64,000 nt of DNA from Laetmonice hystrix (lineage: Eukaryota): NCBI GenBank assembly GCA_965235115.1, contig OZ249453.1, forward strand, positions 13,888,001-13,952,000. Direction: 5' to 3'. The notes under the pieces were generated by a model. It ran no database searches. It saw only the letters and a list, made by a program, of their open reading frames with translations, and was not told the DNA's origin. A program made the position numbers and the translations under genes. Positions 59,801-64,000 of this stretch are shown here, one piece after another; the stretch's first letter is position 1; each line of letters begins with the position of its first letter.

Positions 59801-62462
59801 CTCTCAAAGTTAGAATCATAATATTAGCGATTTGTTCTTCTTAAAGTAACACAAATATTATGTCATCCTTCATTGGCTTGAATTTCCTGACTCTGACCCT
59901 CAAGGCTTGAACTAAATCTGTTTTTAAGATCAGACTCCCTCTCCGATTCTCATGTCAAAAGTGGGAGGGGCATATTGCTAATTAGTCTGCCCGGATTTAG
60001 CTCTCTAATATTGAACTTAATTTACAAATTCTACCAAAAACAGACTTAATGACTGAACAAAATCAACAAGGAATTTGTGATGTAAAGTTTCAAAAATCAT
60101 GCATCACCAGCATGGATTTCATGATGTAAAATTTCAAAGTCTGACTTTAAACTCACCATGAGGACAGTGCTTGGCCCTTCTCGCGACTCTCGGCACGTAG
60201 CTTCTCCTCCAACTGTTTTATATGTTCATCACCTTGAACCTTTCCTGCCAGATCTGTCTTTTTGGACTGTAAATCATCAACAATGTCAACACTTAATGAT
60301 TGGTCATAATGGGCGGGGGCCACAGGGTCATTTGTGACACATAACAATCAACATTATTTCATATTAAAAAATATCTTTCTCACTTCCAGTTCTTCTTCAT
60401 ACTTGGCAATAAGTTGAGCATTTTGAGAGGCTGCCGATTTCATGGCTTCATACAGTCGCTTGTTCTCCTTTTCCAGTTGTTCATGCGTGTCCTGAAAAAA
60501 TTTCACAGAATTCACACAAATGATTGTTTTTTGAATTAAACATGAGATAGTTTAAGACTAAGATATTGGTTTCTACTGTTATGGTGGCTAGTGATTGGCT
60601 TTGTGATCTATGAATCACAATCTCATAAAATTTCAGTTGGTGCCGAGCCTACAGACCTGTTTGTCATCAACAAGTTTCTGAGTCTGGTCGAGTTGCTGAA
60701 TGAGCTCATTGTAACGGGTTCTCATTTTGTTTATCTCCACCATCAAGTATGCCTTGTCCTCCTCTAACGATTCCACCTTACGTATGGAATCCCCTGGAAG
60801 ATACACACAGATCAAGTTTTGTAGGACCAGATGTTTATAGATTTTTATAAGGTCAAATCTGGTGTCTTCAGTATTCAGAATGAGAGATTTCCTTACATTA
60901 CAATTACATTTACAAGTTGTAACACAGATTTCCTTACATTACAATTACATTTACAAGTTGTAACACAGATTTCCTTACATTACAATTACAAGTTGTAACA
61001 CAGATTTCCTTACATTACAATTACATTTACAAGTTGTAACACAGATTTCCTTACATTACAATTACAAGTTGTAACACAGAGATTACCAGTGAGTATGGGG
61101 TTGGTACAATCTTAAGGTATAAAATCCAAGAAATGTGATACTGTTCAATAATGCTGCGAATCTATAATTTATATATTTCTAGTCTCCACACGAGACAAAC
61201 TGGAAACTGCCTTACCTGTCTCTGACTCCATCTTAACGATGTGTTCCTCTGCTTTATGCCGTCGATACCGTTCCCTCTCAGCTTCCTCGCTTGCCCTAAC
61301 ACAATCTCGTTTTAATCCGGCACAGGTAGTGTTCAGGTTTTTTAACTGGAATAAAGATCAAGAAATTTGAAGCTATTATTTTTTCATATATTACCTACCC
61401 CTAAAACATCCCTGTAATTCTCATTATGTGTCAGCCTTATTTTTTGAAAATTATGTTTGTGATACGTGGCTTGTTGTCAGACTTATTGAAGATGTAAGCA
61501 TAATATGTTCTAGGGTGCTGTCTCTAGTGTATTTTGAAACAAATTTATACAACTTTGTAAATTTATAGACATTTTCAATGTCATAATTTTGTAAATCTCC
61601 TACCCATAACCTCCGCAGCAACCTCACCTCATCTTGCTCCTTCACAACGACTGCTTCCATATCCTGGATTCGACTGAGCAGTGTGCTGTGAGACTCTTCT
61701 AGGCTTGCTCGTAGACTTGACTCACGGGCAAGCTCCTCGCGCAACTCATTTACACGACGACTCAGTTTCTGTTTGGTCACCTTCAGATCTTCTAACAGAA
61801 TGGATGCTTCAGACTGGACGAAAATAGATCATTTGTTTTCTCATTAATACTAGTATAAAAATGAAAGTTTTTATTCTAAAATCTACCAAGTTAGAATGAA
61901 AGTTTACCTTGCCAGAAGTAGCCACCTCTAAAGCCTCCTGAAGACGACGGACATCATCCTGGGCACGCCTCCTTTCCTCTTGAGCCTCTTTGCAGTCTTT
62001 CCGTGACTGAACCAAGTCGCGACTCGCTTTGTTGAGCTCTTTTTCATAAGCATCTGCTGTAACTGAAAGCTTTTCACTTGCTGAAAGCTTCTGTTCTTTG
62101 CTCATTTCAAGTTCTGCTTGTGCCCTGAGTAGATTTAATTTCATGGTTTGTATTGCACTTTCCATTTTACAAACCCGCGAAACAAGCGTTTCATAATTCT
62201 GGTGTAAAGTGCTTGGATCAGCGAGTCTGATTTTGTATGGGCTAACGGTGCTGCCTCCCACTCCGGTCCCCTTACCACTTTTTTTTAATGCGTCATCACT
62301 TTGGCTGCTTTCAAACCCCATTGTGGCCAGTTGATCAGCAAGCTGTTTTGCATCTTCTTCAGCTGACACTAGGCGGCATTGTAGGATGTTTAGGGTTTCT
62401 TGAGTATGCCCACCTTCTACTGGCAAAGGCTCAACTGATGGATGCATTATCTTGGACTCCAT
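53856..62462 (-). CDS. CCDC150: Coiled-coil domain-containing protein 150 orthologue (~1176 aa, ~23 coding exons)
   Basis: Exons (- strand): 62462-61908, 61813-61628, 61345-61216, 60793-60657, 60491-60384, 60266-60157, 59735-59558, 59443-59282, 59102-58911, 58614-58423, 58195-58026, 57854-57761, 57571-57402, 57195-57069, 56601-56407, 56161-56093, 55978-55817, 55095-54929, 54800-54692, 54569-54423, 54283-54190, and tentatively 54140-54090 and 53881-53856. All GT-AG with matching phases. Motifs ETLNILQCRL, NYETLVSRVCKMES, QIELGRKDSQI, IEPLR, AHEWFKSKFDTLQQEL match recalled vertebrate CCDC150. The last two exons are uncertain. Confidence 0.85.
60885..61080. repeat. 41/35-bp intronic tandem repeat (AGATTTCCTTACATTACAATTACATTTACAAGTTGTAACAC), ~5 copies
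   Basis: Read directly; lies in a CCDC150 intron. Confidence 0.9.
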
Positions 62463-62774
62463 GTTTGGTTTCACATTCCAAGATAACCAATTACTGATTT
62501 GTCATTGTATCCAAGAACTGAAATTGTAAAAATAAAATAAACTTTCCTTATTACCATGCAACAGCCTATTAAAATTCTTCTGAAGTTCTAACGTTAGACT
62601 TAGCCAGATCTAACTGGTTTGTGTAGTCTTCACAGTTTAAAGCTAAATGCAACAATCCAGCTACCGTATACCTTCCCACATGCCTTATACAATAAAGAAT
62701 AACATCAGCAATAAATGCAGGTCAATAGGTTTTACATAAACGAGAATGCCAACCTTAAACTACGAGTACCCTAC

Positions 62775-62930
62775 CTCTAGCCGAGAATTGAACTTGGCGC
62801 CATTTTACATCACATTATCACATGGGAGATTGATTCAGCCAATCAAAAACAGTCAGGTCACCCGGAAGTGTGACGTCGCCAGAGCCGCGAGTTTCGACCA
62901 GCTGTCAGATCGGGTGAGGATACAAGGTAG
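62775..62930. promoter_or_regulatory. Probable CCDC150 promoter and non-coding first exon
   Basis: Minus-strand donor GTAGG at 62774, acceptor AG at 62519-62518 before the ATG exon; YY1-like AAAATGGCGCC (-, 62796-62806); CCAAT 62839; ETS CCGGAAGTG 62862; TGACGTC 62871. Confidence 0.5.
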
Positions 62931-64000
62931 TCAGAGAGTCTAGACTGAGAGCTGCGAGTAAGATTATCCGTGTCATAGTACTAGGAGACCGATCAGCAGG
63001 TCTAACCACACCACTGACTTGGTGCTGATCCTTCTGAACTTCTGAAGATATGCCTGGGTGTGCTAGCTGAACGGTAGCCCGACGCTTCAGTGGCAGTGCA
63101 CACCATGTCCCCGGCCGTAGACTGCCGTAGTCTGTCACTACTGTCAGACTCCATCCATGACCCAACCAGTGTACATTTCATTCTCCAGTTGACAATTCTC
63201 CGTATAAATAATAGCTTTTAGCCATCATTTCATGCGTTGGAGGGTATTGCGACGAATTTCTGTTCGTTTAAGCGCCCGGTAAGAGATTTTTCACTATGTT
63301 GTCGATCGACCAAATTGGCATGTCTGGCCCCGTCCAACCACCAGTGCACGCCCGCCGGGAGCAAGGGAGTGCTGCCCGTTGTTGACTTGACCACCTGACT
63401 CGGGTGTCGGGTGAGGCATGGAGCCTGGGACAGGGCACGCATGGGACATGAAGTCATGTAATCGACATGGGCCGAGATAACCATTTGCCATAAGCCCTAT
63501 TGCTTGTGGCGGTTTCGGATCGCTTTAAACCAAGGAAAAATAAAACCAGAATACTGGTAACTGACTGACCGTGTTCCAAACCAGCTGACAGATAAGTAGA
63601 CCTGTGTAAGTAGCAGCCTATGCTATGATAAATCGAAGTATTCTACCGTAGGTGTAGAGACTATATTATAGACTATATAGCCTATAGACAGTATTAGACT
63701 TTTGGTACTGTAGTGTAGTACGGGGTCTACCGTCCATCTTCTATGGTACCAGTTAGTAGTAGCATAGATTAAGTACCGTACTTAATGTATGGTAGTACTA
63801 GTAGTAACTAGGCTTACTGAGTAGGAAATTAACCGTTTAAAGTACAGTAACTAAGTAAGGCTAGAAACACATGGACATGCGATTTTGTATGCGTTCTTTG
63901 AGTGCGTTAATGCAAATTTCACAACTGGAAATACACAAGGGTGTTTACCTGGCAATGCGTGCGTAGATAACTCACGCAATGGAATGCGATTCGAATGGGA

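Overview
Eukaryotic (metazoan, probably marine invertebrate) genomic DNA with GT-AG spliceosomal introns; no prokaryotic features. The left ~29 kb has no supportable protein-coding gene. It is a dense patchwork of more than ten unrelated minisatellite arrays (units 25-128 bp), microsatellites, degenerate retroelement remnants and terminal-inverted-repeat (TIR) elements. These include a TGT...ACA element with a CCGG target-site duplication (TSD; Ginger-like) and a second TGT...ACA element nested inside a MITE. All long ORFs in this part of the ORF track are repeat artefacts. The right half carries four things: (i) two tandem PXYLP1-like histidine phosphatase genes (+), divergent in the N-terminal half but ~98% identical over a 546-bp C-terminal tract; (ii) a short deleted remnant plus three intact tandem Cys-loop receptor (nAChR-like) genes (+); (iii) a CCDC150 orthologue (-, ~23 coding exons reconstructed by hand); (iv) the probable CCDC150 promoter. 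The three receptors keep the Cys-loop and the cation-selective GER motif but lack the canonical acetylcholine-binding residues of loops A, B and C, and they vary mainly in ligand-facing loops. This divergent receptor cluster is the best candidate for an undescribed system (a possible chemosensory-type receptor expansion). All gene models, alignments and counts were made by eye.
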